Shown here piece after piece: positions 1 to 9,155 of a DNA stretch of 64,000 nucleotides. The notes under the pieces are model-generated. The model was given only the letters and a program-made list of their open reading frames with translations. It made no database searches and had not been told where the DNA came from. The stretch is from contig JADCGF010000011.1 in NCBI GenBank assembly GCA_020249145.1, forward strand, positions 75,012-139,011, given 5' to 3'. Position 1 is the first letter of the stretch, and each line of letters starts with the position of its first letter. A program made the translations under genes and the position numbers. Source of the DNA: Roseomonas sp. Lineage in GTDB: Bacteria; Pseudomonadota; Alphaproteobacteria; Acetobacterales; Acetobacteraceae.

Positions 1-273
1 TCAGGCGGCGGCTTCCGCGCGGCTTGCCCCGGTTGCTGCGGCCTGGAAGGCACGCTTCGCGCAGGAATCGGTGCTGACGGTATTTCGCACGGGCTGTGCG
101 GGGTTTTGATTTGAGCCGCACATGTTCGGATATGGTAACATATTGCACTGCCACGCGGATGGGGCGTGACGCTTGGCGGTCAAGTTTCCCTATTCAACCT
201 TGCATGGTCCTTGCCCCCCTTCCGCCCTCTTGCCGCTCGGTGCACTCTTCCACGCAGGAGGAACGACCCCACC

Positions 274-1110
274 ATGCAAGACAATACCCGCCTGACCGGC
301 AAGGTCGCGATCGTCACTGGCGCTGGCTCACGAAATCTCGGTGCGGGCGCCACCACTATCGGCAATGGCCGTGCCATTTCGGTGCTGATGGCCGCGCGTG
401 GCGCCAAAGTGCTTCTGCTGGATGTGGACCGCGCCGCTTTGGAAGAAACCGCACGCCTGATCGCTGAAGAAGGTGGCGTTTCTGCGCTCAAGGAAGCCGA
501 TGTCTCAAAAGCCGATGATTGCGCGGCGGCTGTCGCGGAAGCTGTCAGGCTTTGGGGGCGTGTGGATATTCTGGTGAATAATGTCGGCATCAGCGGCCCC
601 GCTGGCGATGCGGAGGGCGTTGATCCTGAAGCCTGGGATTACGCCATGCAGGTGAATGTGAAATCCGTGATGCTGATGGCGAAATATGCCGTGCCGGAAA
701 TGCGCAAATCAGGCGGCGGCGCCATTGTGAATCTGTCATCGGTGGCTGGGCTGCGCGCGGGGCATCCAGGCTTACTTTACGCCACAAGCAAGGGGGCGAT
801 CGTGCAAATGACACGCGCCATGGCCGGGCATCACGGGGCGAACAATATTCGTGTGAATGCGGTGGCGCCTGGCTATGTCTATACGCCAATGGTCGCATCG
901 CGCGGCATGACGGAAGAACTGCGCCAGCAGCGCGCGCAATCGGGCATGTTGAAGTTTGAAGGCAGCGCCTGGGATGTTGCGGAAGCGGCGTGCTTTCTGG
1001 CCTCACCTGCCGCGCGCTGGATCACGGGCCAGACCCTGCCGGTGGATGCCGGACGTTCGGCGGGCAATGCCGCGGGCGCATCGCCCAAGCCGCGCGGTGA
1101 TTTGCGGTAG
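274..1110 (+). CDS. SDR family NAD(P)-dependent oxidoreductase
   Basis: TGAGS..G glycine-rich motif, NNVG, YxxxK (YATSK), NAVAPG; AGGAGG RBS at 256-261 supports ATG 274 rather than the track start 166. Confidence 0.9.
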   Translation: MQDNTRLTGKVAIVTGAGSRNLGAGATTIGNGRAISVLMAARGAKVLLLDVDRAALEETARLIAEEGGVSALKEADVSKADDCAAAVAEAVRLWGRVDILVNNVGISGPAGDAEGVDPEAWDYAMQVNVKSVMLMAKYAVPEMRKSGGGAIVNLSSVAGLRAGHPGLLYATSKGAIVQMTRAMAGHHGANNIRVNAVAPGYVYTPMVASRGMTEELRQQRAQSGMLKFEGSAWDVAEAACFLASPAARWITGQTLPVDAGRSAGNAAGASPKPRGDLR

Positions 1111-1112
1111 AA

Positions 1113-2180
1113 TCAGCCTGTCTTCTGGAAGATGAAGTTATTCGAAAGCGCATCAGGCTCACTCGATACAACCCAAGTATCTTCGCGCAGATCAAGAAGC
1201 TGCATGCCGAGCGAGTGAGCCAAATCGAAGATTGCGCGCTGTGGCACGCAATGCATTTCCATATCGCTCCCAAGATCCGAAGCCAGGTATTTCTCAGTCG
1301 AGAAGCTGTAACCGATATGATATACGGGCACTTGAAACATCGCGACACCGCCTTTTCGCAGGCGAATGAATGCCTGTCTCAAGATTTCCATGGTTACCGG
1401 TGGCGGATTATGCTGCAAGACAATGCGCGAAAACCAGAAATCAAACCCCATGGCCGGCATCAATTCCATCGCGGATGCTTGCAGGAAGGAGACATTCTTC
1501 AAGCCAAGCTGCCCACAATATCTTCGAGCCAGATCAAGATGCGGTGCGGAGATATCAACGCCCATGACTTGCGGGAACATCCCGGCAAGACGCAGCGTCA
1601 AGCGGCCAACACCACAGCCAAATTCGGCACAAGACTGAAAATCAGCCGGCTTCATCCCAACCCTAGCGAGGCCGCTCAGGATGATCCCCTGGTCCACGCG
1701 AGAACTGCCAAAAAACGCTTGCTGGCGCGATTGAAGATTTTCCGGCAGGAATTCCCTTGCGGTCAAGACTGACCAATGCGGTGCCTTTCGCCCGATGGAA
1801 TCCCAATAATGGGCCGTTTTTGTCACCATTTGCGCCAGCATCGGCGGGCTTGCTTCGATTTCTATCTGCAAGGGGGTCGCGGTAATTGGCAGGCCCATGC
1901 GCCATCGCCGGAATTCCTGTGAATTGAGAAAGGTGGTTCTCAACGAAACAAGGTCACCGGTGAGCAGATTATGCCCTATTGCCTCTTCGCTTTCAGGTTC
2001 ACGGCCAAGAATGAGATGATAGGCGGCAATCACATCCTGCCGATCAATAGGTCGGTTGAAATTCTTCGACGAAGGAGGTTCAGGCGGCGAAGACATCAAT
2101 CCGTCCTTATTGGTACCGATCACAGACATGGGCGACCAAACTAGCCCTCCGCCGGCAACGGGATCAACCTTGTCAGGCAT
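1113..2180 (-). CDS. Class I SAM-dependent methyltransferase with N-terminal helical (DUF4214-like LGREP) module
   Basis: EFGCGVGR motif I, GVDIS, post-II FDFWFSRIVLQH; N-terminal AYHLILGREPE; start codon uncertain. Confidence 0.8.
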   Translation of the reverse strand: MPDKVDPVAGGGLVWSPMSVIGTNKDGLMSSPPEPPSSKNFNRPIDRQDVIAAYHLILGREPESEEAIGHNLLTGDLVSLRTTFLNSQEFRRWRMGLPITATPLQIEIEASPPMLAQMVTKTAHYWDSIGRKAPHWSVLTAREFLPENLQSRQQAFFGSSRVDQGIILSGLARVGMKPADFQSCAEFGCGVGRLTLRLAGMFPQVMGVDISAPHLDLARRYCGQLGLKNVSFLQASAMELMPAMGFDFWFSRIVLQHNPPPVTMEILRQAFIRLRKGGVAMFQVPVYHIGYSFSTEKYLASDLGSDMEMHCVPQRAIFDLAHSLGMQLLDLREDTWVVSSEPDALSNNFIFQKTG

Positions 2181-2225
2181 TTTGTGCTCAGTTTGGATGG
2201 CGGCTGAGCCAGCTGGGGTGCTCCA

Positions 2226-2918
2226 TCAAGGCGCAGGAATAACCAAGGCGGGCACCGCCAACCCACCGGCGCGGCCAAGAATTCCCTTGCTCTGCACAGC
2301 GATAATCGCAAAGCGGCCATCTGCGCCGCGCAGCAATAACGGCCCGCCGGAAGACCCCGTGGTGCCGGCGCAATCATGCGCGAGCATCACACCTTCCCCT
2401 TCAACCCGGCGCAGGCCCAGATAGCGACAAGCCGGGTCCACCAGCAGCGCGCCCGGCGCATCACGCTGAAAGCCAGGCAGGGCAAGGATACTGCGCTCCG
2501 GCGGCGTTTCGCGGAGCAAGGGCAAGACACGGCCAGCGCCAATCGGCGCGCTCAGCGACACCAACGCCCAATCCGAAGCCCAGGGCGCTTCGCGCACCGG
2601 ATCAAAACCGGCACCGACACGCAGCGCCACGCCGCGTGCATCTGCACCGCCGATGGAAACACGAATCCGCTCGGGCGGCAGTAGCGCCGTGCCAGGTTCA
2701 TCCCTAAGGCAATGCGCGGCCGTCAGCACCACCGCAGGCGCCACCATCGCCCCGGTGCAAAGCCCGGCCCCTTCCGCTTCAATCAAGGCCACCGCATGCC
2801 ATGGCGGATGCGCTGCCGGCGCGGGCAGGCGCGGATCGGGACCGGAGTTCATTCCCGCGACCTGGGCCAAAGCCGGTCCCGCCAGACACAGCACGAACAA
2901 CGCCAGGATCAACCGCAT
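2226..2918 (-). CDS. Secreted trypsin-like serine protease
   Basis: Signal peptide MRLILALFVLCLAGPALAQ; triad LTAAHC (His), SDWAL (Asp), GSSGGP (Ser). Confidence 0.9.
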   Translation of the reverse strand: MRLILALFVLCLAGPALAQVAGMNSGPDPRLPAPAAHPPWHAVALIEAEGAGLCTGAMVAPAVVLTAAHCLRDEPGTALLPPERIRVSIGGADARGVALRVGAGFDPVREAPWASDWALVSLSAPIGAGRVLPLLRETPPERSILALPGFQRDAPGALLVDPACRYLGLRRVEGEGVMLAHDCAGTTGSSGGPLLLRGADGRFAIIAVQSKGILGRAGGLAVPALVIPAP

Positions 2919-3616
2919 GAGCCGAGCATATGCTCCACAAAGGCCGGCACGATCTGCGTGGCGGGGCCGTGCTGCGCCTCATGAAACAGCGCCGTGCCTT
3001 CGGTTTCTTCCAGATTCAATTCCACGCAGCGCGCCTGTCGGCGCACCGCCTGCACAAAGCCTGCCGCCGGATAGACCTGGCCCGAGGTGCCGATGGCAAC
3101 AAAGACACCGCATTCATGCAAAGCGGCTTCGATGCGTTCCATTTCCAACGGGATTTCGCCGAACCAGACAACATGCGGGCGGAGCTGCCCTGCTACAGCA
3201 CAAGCCGGGCATGCGGCATGCGCGGTGATGTCATCCCCCCAAACGCTAACGGCGCCGCAGGCAAGGCAGCGCGCCTTTTGCAATTCTCCATGCATGGCAA
3301 TCACATTGCGTGACCCCGCGCGCGCATGCAGGCCATCAATGTTTTGCGTCACCAGTGTCACGGGTGCTGGCCAGGCTGCCTCCAGCCGCGCCAGCGCGTG
3401 ATGGGCGGCATTGGGCTGGATGGTGGGGTCGCGCAACTGCGCGCGCCGCGCATTATAAAAACCCTGCACCAGATCGGGATTGCGCGCGAAGGCCTGCGGC
3501 GTTGCCACATCTTCAATCCTGTGGCGCGCCCAAATGCCATCGGCATCGCGAAAGGTGGCGAGCCCTGATTCGCGCGAAATCCCCGCCCCGGTCAGAATGA
3601 CGATGGGCGGCGCCAT
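2909..3616 (-). CDS. cobB: NAD-dependent protein deacylase (class III sirtuin)
   Basis: GAGIS, QNIDGLH, HG, two CxxC zinc pairs, RPHVVWFGE, FYNARR (class III Tyr/Arg succinyl-binding residues). Confidence 0.93.
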   Translation of the reverse strand: MAPPIVILTGAGISRESGLATFRDADGIWARHRIEDVATPQAFARNPDLVQGFYNARRAQLRDPTIQPNAAHHALARLEAAWPAPVTLVTQNIDGLHARAGSRNVIAMHGELQKARCLACGAVSVWGDDITAHAACPACAVAGQLRPHVVWFGEIPLEMERIEAALHECGVFVAIGTSGQVYPAAGFVQAVRRQARCVELNLEETEGTALFHEAQHGPATQIVPAFVEHMLGSCG

Positions 3617-3774
3617 CAGCTTGTGGGTGGTGCGGGCGGGTTGCAGCTTTGCGGTGGGCGCGGAAAGGGCTGGTCCGGGCGCGGCGGCGCCGGGGTTTCG
3701 CTTTGCTGTGGCGCGGGCATCACCGGCGCATCAAGGCAGGGACCAAGAGCGAGCAGGGCAAGCATGATCAGCAT
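3616..3774 (-). CDS. Small proline-rich, probably exported protein (52 aa)
   Basis: AGGAGG five nt before ATG 3774; hydrophobic N-terminus; TGA overlaps the cobB ATG (TGATG). Confidence 0.6.
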   Translation of the reverse strand: MLIMLALLALGPCLDAPVMPAPQQSETPAPPRPDQPFPRPPQSCNPPAPPTS

Positions 3775-3887
3775 GGTGGCCTCCTGCATCAAGATCAGCA
3801 TAAACCAGCGCATATCCGCAATGGCGGGGCTTGCGGCGCGGCGCATCCTCAGGAAGGCTGTCAGGCAACACCAAGGGGAAACAGCGC

Positions 3888-5111
3888 GTGGCCGGAAGCG
3901 ATCAGGGCAGTATCGAAACGCGCTATTCCTGGCTGGTCGCCACCACGGCGGTGATCATGCTTTCGCTGGCCGCCGGTGGCCCCATCACGGTTGTGGTGGG
4001 GTTGGTTCAAATCGCCGAGGATTTCGGTTCTGGCCGTTCCCTGCCATCGCTTGCCAATTCGCTGGCGTATTTCGGCACCGCCATTGGCGGCATGGTCTGC
4101 GGCGTGATGGTGGCGCGCTTTGGCCAAAGGCTGGTCGCGATGGCGGGCGGCATCGCGGTGGCGCTGGGGCTAATGCTCGCTTCCTTTGGCGAAAGCTGGT
4201 CGCTGCTGGTCGGGCTTGGGCTGGGTGTTGGCCTTTTCGGCAATGGCGCGCTGTTTCCACCGATGCTCGCTTATGTCTCGCTTTGGTTTGATAGGCGCCG
4301 AGGCACGGCGTTGGCGCTGGTCGCCTCCGGGCAATATGTCGCGGGGTTTCTGTGGCCGCCGATATTTGAACGCGCCATCGCGGCTTATGGCTGGCAGCGC
4401 ACCATGTTTGGGTATGGCATTTTGGTGGCGGCCATTGCCGTGCCGCTGGCCGCTTTGGTGCTGCGCCCGCCGCCCGCACAGCCAACCACCGGCAGCTTTG
4501 CCGAGAAGATGCAGCCAGGCGCGCGCGTGCTTGGCATGAATGGCAATCTGGCATTCTTCCTGCTCGCTTTCTGTTCCTTCCTGTGTTGCATTCCTATGGC
4601 CATGCCGGCGGCACATCTTATCGCGTTTTGTGGTGATCTGGGCATCACCGCATCCCGCGGCGCGCTCATGCTTTCAGTGCTGACCTTGGCGGCCTTCATG
4701 GCACGACAATTCTGGGGCTGGCTTTCGGACAAGATCGGCGGGCTTTGGACGATTGTTCTTGGATCACTCGCGCAGATCCTAGGCATGCTGGGCTTTCTGG
4801 CCACGCAGGATGAGGCCGGGTTGTTCTTCGTGGCCGCTGCCTATGGGCTTGGCTTCAGCGGCATTATTCCCGCCTATGTGCTGACCTTGCGCGCGCTGTT
4901 CCCGGCTGCTGAGGCGCATTGGCGTGTGCCGACGCTATTGTTTCTGAGCCTTTCCGGCATGGCGGCGGGCGCCTGGTTGGCGGGCTATATCCATGATTGG
5001 CTGGGCTTTTACGCCGCCGCCTGGTGGGCCGGTATTGGCTTCAACCTGGTGCAATTCGCGCTGATCCTGTTCCTGCTGCAGCGCTGGCGGCGTGGCTTGG
5101 CGGCGGCCTGA
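3888..5111 (+). CDS. MFS transporter (OFA/MCT-like)
   Basis: About 12 hydrophobic segments, WFDRRRGTA loop, GWLSDKIG motif A; GTG start with AAGGGG RBS. Confidence 0.85.
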   Translation: MAGSDQGSIETRYSWLVATTAVIMLSLAAGGPITVVVGLVQIAEDFGSGRSLPSLANSLAYFGTAIGGMVCGVMVARFGQRLVAMAGGIAVALGLMLASFGESWSLLVGLGLGVGLFGNGALFPPMLAYVSLWFDRRRGTALALVASGQYVAGFLWPPIFERAIAAYGWQRTMFGYGILVAAIAVPLAALVLRPPPAQPTTGSFAEKMQPGARVLGMNGNLAFFLLAFCSFLCCIPMAMPAAHLIAFCGDLGITASRGALMLSVLTLAAFMARQFWGWLSDKIGGLWTIVLGSLAQILGMLGFLATQDEAGLFFVAAAYGLGFSGIIPAYVLTLRALFPAAEAHWRVPTLLFLSLSGMAAGAWLAGYIHDWLGFYAAAWWAGIGFNLVQFALILFLLQRWRRGLAAA

Positions 5112-5117
5112 TCGCGC

Positions 5118-5612
5118 TTGGTTTACGCCATTGCCGCACCGGCGGTGCAACAGCTTGGCGTGCCGCCTTTGGCGGCGCATTTTTTCATCCTCTACTACGG
5201 TATTCTCGCGGATCTGACGCCACCTGTTTGTGTCGCGGCCTATGCGGCGGCGGGGATTGCGGGGTCGAAACCTTTCCGCACCGGGATTACGGCCTTTCGC
5301 CTTGGTTTGGCGAAGGCCACGGTGCCCTTTGTTTTTGCCTATTCGCCCGCCATGCTGATCATGGTGGATGGCTTCACTTGGGGTGATTTCCTTTTCACCA
5401 CCATCAGCTGTGCCATTGGGGTATTGGTGTTGGGGATTGGCATGACCGGCTATGCCTTCACCCATATGGGGCTTGCCAGCCAAACCATATTAGTGATTTC
5501 AGCACTTTTGATGATTTCACCCAATGTGCCGATGACATTGGCGGGCGTGGTGCTGGCGCTGCCGGTCTTGGCGCTGAATTGGCGCGCTTCCAAGCGCGCT
5601 GCGCCAAGCTGA
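5118..5612 (+). pseudogene. C-terminal fragment of a TRAP transporter fused (4TM/12TM, DctQM) permease
   Basis: AAPA..LGVPPLAAHFFILYYGILADLTPPV.VAAYAAAGIAG is the late DctM signature; only 164 aa, the N-terminal roughly three quarters is absent, TTG start without an RBS. Confidence 0.75.
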
Positions 5613-5616
5613 TTCC

Positions 5617-7209
5617 TTACCCCGCTTCCAGCGCTGCGCGCAGCTTATGCAGCAGGGCTTCGCGCGCGGAATCATCCCTGGCGTTTTCAGTGGCACTTTC
5701 AATCGCCAGCATCAAGGCAGCGCGCTGATTATGCCAATCCGGCCTGCCGCTGCGCGCGGGGTCAGCGCGGCGGGCCTGGCTTTCCAGCCGCTTCGGCCGC
5801 GCGCCTTTGGGCAATGACCAACGCTCATCCAAAACAGGCATGATCACCTGATCGGGCGCGGTGATCTTGCCATCCTTCAGCCGTTGCGCGAGGGCTTCCA
5901 TCGCCTCTGCCTCTCCATGCACCAGGAACACGCCCCCCGGCACAGGCCCGCGCGCGGCCAACCATCGCGCCAATTCGGTCGCATCCGCATGGCCAGAGAA
6001 ATCGCGGACTTCCGTGATCTTCGCTGCCACGCTGATCGTCTCACCCTGGATGCGCACTTCTGGCTTGCCTTCCTGCAATAGCCGCCCGAGCGTGCCTTCC
6101 GCCTGATAGCCGGTCAGCATCACGGTCGCCGCCGGGCTCCAGAGCCAGCGCTTCAAATGATGCCGGATGCGCCCAGCATCGCACATGCCAGACCCTGCGA
6201 TGATGATGTGAAAGCCTTCGGCTTCCGCGATGCGGCGGCTGGCTTCCCCGCTTTCCGTCGGGCGGATCAGGGGTGAACGCAGCGCGCGGCTGATGGCCGA
6301 ACCATTTTCCAGCGCCTGCGCATGTTCCAGGAATACCTCTGTGGCTCGGATCGCGAGCGGGCTATCCATGAAAATCGGCGCTTCCGGTATGGTGCCGGCC
6401 TGCATCAGCGTCACCAAATCCCAGCAGATTTCCTGGGTGCGTTCCACGGCGAAGGCCGGGATCAACAGCACACCATCGGGCTTCGCCGCTTCCCGCACAA
6501 TGGCGGCCAATTTTTCCCTCCGCGCGGCATGGTCCACACAGGGCTTATCCTCATCGCCATAGGTGCTTTCCATGAAAACATGATCCACCGCACCTGGCGC
6601 TTCGGATTCATGATGAAACACCGAACAATCCGGCCCCAGATCGCCCGAGACCAGAATGCGCAAGGGCGCATCCTTGCCATTGGCGCATTCAATTTCGATG
6701 GAAGCTGAACCCAGCATATGCCCCGCATTCCACCAACGCGCCCGCACCCCCGGGACAGGTTCCATCCAGCGCCCGAAGGGTACCGCGCGAAACGCCGCAA
6801 TCGCCGCCGCGCCATCTTCCGCCGTGTAAATTGGCCGCACCGGTGCCCTGCCCCGATGGCGATTGCGGCGATTGAGCTGCGCGACTTCCATTTCCTGCAC
6901 ATGGCCTGAATCCGGCAGCATAACCGCACAAAGATCAGCGGTTGCCGCCGTGGCATGAATGGTGCCGCGAAAACCGGCGGCCCTCAGCTTTGGCAGAAGC
7001 CCGGAATGATCAATATGCGCATGGGTCAGCAAAACGGCGTCAATATCGCGCGGGTTGAAGGGGAAATCCTCCCAATTCAGGGATTTCAGCGTCTTTGGCC
7101 CCTGGAACATGCCACAATCCACCAGAAAGCGGACCTTTGCGGTCTCAAAAACCAGGCAATAGCCCGTGACGGTGCGCGCCGCGCCGCAAACCCTGACAGA
7201 AACACTCAT
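5617..7209 (-). CDS. MBL-fold/beta-CASP metallo-hydrolase (RNA-processing family)
   Basis: LVDCGMFQG, THAHIDHSG (HxHxDH), AGHMLGS, SGHAD, VHGE motifs. Confidence 0.92.
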   Translation of the reverse strand: MSVSVRVCGAARTVTGYCLVFETAKVRFLVDCGMFQGPKTLKSLNWEDFPFNPRDIDAVLLTHAHIDHSGLLPKLRAAGFRGTIHATAATADLCAVMLPDSGHVQEMEVAQLNRRNRHRGRAPVRPIYTAEDGAAAIAAFRAVPFGRWMEPVPGVRARWWNAGHMLGSASIEIECANGKDAPLRILVSGDLGPDCSVFHHESEAPGAVDHVFMESTYGDEDKPCVDHAARREKLAAIVREAAKPDGVLLIPAFAVERTQEICWDLVTLMQAGTIPEAPIFMDSPLAIRATEVFLEHAQALENGSAISRALRSPLIRPTESGEASRRIAEAEGFHIIIAGSGMCDAGRIRHHLKRWLWSPAATVMLTGYQAEGTLGRLLQEGKPEVRIQGETISVAAKITEVRDFSGHADATELARWLAARGPVPGGVFLVHGEAEAMEALAQRLKDGKITAPDQVIMPVLDERWSLPKGARPKRLESQARRADPARSGRPDWHNQRAALMLAIESATENARDDSAREALLHKLRAALEAG

Positions 7210-7278
7210 CAACCCCCCTTTGGCCGGGCGCACCGTGCCAGGCTGGTTCCATTACCATTCAATCTACGCCGATTTGTC

Positions 7279-7292
7279 TTGATAAAGCGCAA
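7279..7292. promoter_or_regulatory. Putative FNR/FixK box TTGAT-AAAG-CGCAA
   Basis: 8/10 match to TTGAT-N4-ATCAA, in the divergent promoter between the MBL gene and the fnr-like gene. Confidence 0.55.
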
Positions 7293-7374
7293 TTTCGGTA
7301 AGATAGTATCAACCCCGGCGCGAAGGCCAAGAGAAGCCAAGCGCCCTGAAGGCAAAGCGAACCGGCAGGTGAAA

Positions 7375-8127
7375 ATGAACCCGCTAGATGTCACGCGTTC
7401 AATGATGGACGGCCTGGGCGCCGAAGGTGACGTCTGCATGAAATGCGGATCACGTTCGCTTGGGCTTTGTGCGCCTTTGGATGCAGCGGCGCTGGATGAT
7501 GTGGCAGCCGATAGCGAAAGGGTAACGCTTGAAGCGCGCAGCCCCATTTTCCATCAGGGTGATGATGCGAAATACGTCTATACTCTAACGGAAGGCATGG
7601 CGCGGCTGATGCGCGTACTGCCAGATGGCCGGCAAGCCGCCATTGGTTTCCGCTTTGCGGGCGATATTCTGGGCTTTACGCCAATGCAGGAACACGCCTT
7701 CGGCGCCGAAATGCTGACCAGCGGCAGGGTCTGCCGCATGGAACGGCGCCGGCTTGAGCAATTATTCCGCCGCTACCCGCTGCTGGAACGCCGCTTTCTT
7801 GATCTTTGCGCGCGGGAATTGGCGCAAAGCCAGGAACATATCCTGGCGCTTGGTCGTTTCACCGCAGAAGAACGCGTGGCGGCCTTTCTGCTTTCACTGG
7901 TGGATGCTCAGCGCCGCCGTAACCATCGCGGACCGGTTTTTGACTTGCCGGCAACGCGCGCCGATATCGGCGAATTCCTGGGCCTGACCTTGGAAACCGT
8001 GAGTCGCGCCATTTCCAACTTCCGCCGCCGCAATCTGATACGTTTGCATGGGCAAAGCGGCATTGAAATCCTGAATGAGGCCGCTCTGACCGCTCTCGGC
8101 ACGGGCGAGGGTGAGGACGCGGCCTGA
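7375..8127 (+). CDS. fnrL: Crp/Fnr family oxygen-sensing regulator (FnrL/FnrN type)
   Basis: N-terminal C-x2-C-x7-C (CMKCGSRSLGLC), fourth Cys in GRVCRM, recognition helix LGLTLETVSR; exact start uncertain (7369/7375/7402). Confidence 0.85.
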   Translation: MNPLDVTRSMMDGLGAEGDVCMKCGSRSLGLCAPLDAAALDDVAADSERVTLEARSPIFHQGDDAKYVYTLTEGMARLMRVLPDGRQAAIGFRFAGDILGFTPMQEHAFGAEMLTSGRVCRMERRRLEQLFRRYPLLERRFLDLCARELAQSQEHILALGRFTAEERVAAFLLSLVDAQRRRNHRGPVFDLPATRADIGEFLGLTLETVSRAISNFRRRNLIRLHGQSGIEILNEAALTALGTGEGEDAA

Positions 8128-8191
8128 ACCCAAAAGCATTCACGGCCACATGCTGCTGCGATAGACTTCGCGCAGCATAAGGAAACTGCCC

Positions 8192-9151
8192 ATGTTCGAT
8201 TTGCCGCGCCAGGTGGATATCGCCGAAGAAGGCCCGCGTGAGGGTTTTCAGATCGAAAAGAAACCTCTTGCCAGCGCTGACAAGATCGCGCTGATTGATG
8301 CGCTTTCGGCAACCGGCCTCAAGCATATTCAGGTGGCGTCCTTTGTCTCACCCAAGCTGGTGCCGGGCTGGGCCGATGCGGAAGCGGTGGTGGCGGGCTT
8401 CACGCCAAAGGACGGCGTTCACTACACCGCGCTCTGGTTCAACGCGGCGGGGCTGGATCGCGCGCTGGCCTTCAGGGATCGGCTGCATCTTTTCGGTTCC
8501 ATCAGCCTTGCCGCGTCTGAGGCATTTTCGCTCAAGAATCTGAACCGCGATCGTGCCGGGCAGATTGAGGCCATGCGCAAGCAAACCGCCGCGCATATAG
8601 CCGCAGGTGTGCCGGTTACGCGCATCGGGCTGCAAGCGGCCTTTGGCTGCAATTACGCCGGCGATGTCGCGCCCGCGCAGGTGATGGCCGCGATCTCCGA
8701 TGGCTTGGACATCGCGGCGGAGGCCGGTGTGACCATTCGCGATTTGACGCTGGCCGATACCATGGGCTGGGCCAATCCGCGCCAGATTGAAGCTGTGGTG
8801 GGCGAAGTGCGCAACCGCTGGCCGGAACTGCGCCTGGCGCTGCATCTGCACGACACACGCGGGCTTGGCATTGCCAATGCCATGGCGGGTTTGCGGATGG
8901 GTGTGGTGCGCTTCGATGCCGCAGTGGGTGGGCTTGGCGGTTGCCCCTTTGCCGGCCAGCCAGGCGCGCCCGGCAATATCGCGACCGAAGAATTGGCGCT
9001 GCTTTGCGCCGAGCTTGGCATTGCAACCGGCATTGATCTGGAAGCGCTGGTGGAAGCCGGCAGGCTTGCGGAACGCATTCTTGATCGGCGCCTGCCAAGC
9101 GCTGTGTTGCGCGGCGGGACGCTGGCGCGGTTTCGCGCGCGCGCGGCGTAA
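8192..9151 (+). CDS. Hydroxymethylglutaryl-CoA lyase family protein
   Basis: EEGPREGFQ, LADTMG, LHLHDTRG, GGLGGCPFA, GNIATE motifs. Confidence 0.9.
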   Translation: MFDLPRQVDIAEEGPREGFQIEKKPLASADKIALIDALSATGLKHIQVASFVSPKLVPGWADAEAVVAGFTPKDGVHYTALWFNAAGLDRALAFRDRLHLFGSISLAASEAFSLKNLNRDRAGQIEAMRKQTAAHIAAGVPVTRIGLQAAFGCNYAGDVAPAQVMAAISDGLDIAAEAGVTIRDLTLADTMGWANPRQIEAVVGEVRNRWPELRLALHLHDTRGLGIANAMAGLRMGVVRFDAAVGGLGGCPFAGQPGAPGNIATEELALLCAELGIATGIDLEALVEAGRLAERILDRRLPSAVLRGGTLARFRARAA

Positions 9152-9155
9152 GTTG

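Noticed and set aside
1-183. 60-aa minus-strand ORF ending at the window edge
   Set aside because: No recognisable motif or RBS and it overlaps the SDR promoter region; cannot be supported without upstream context
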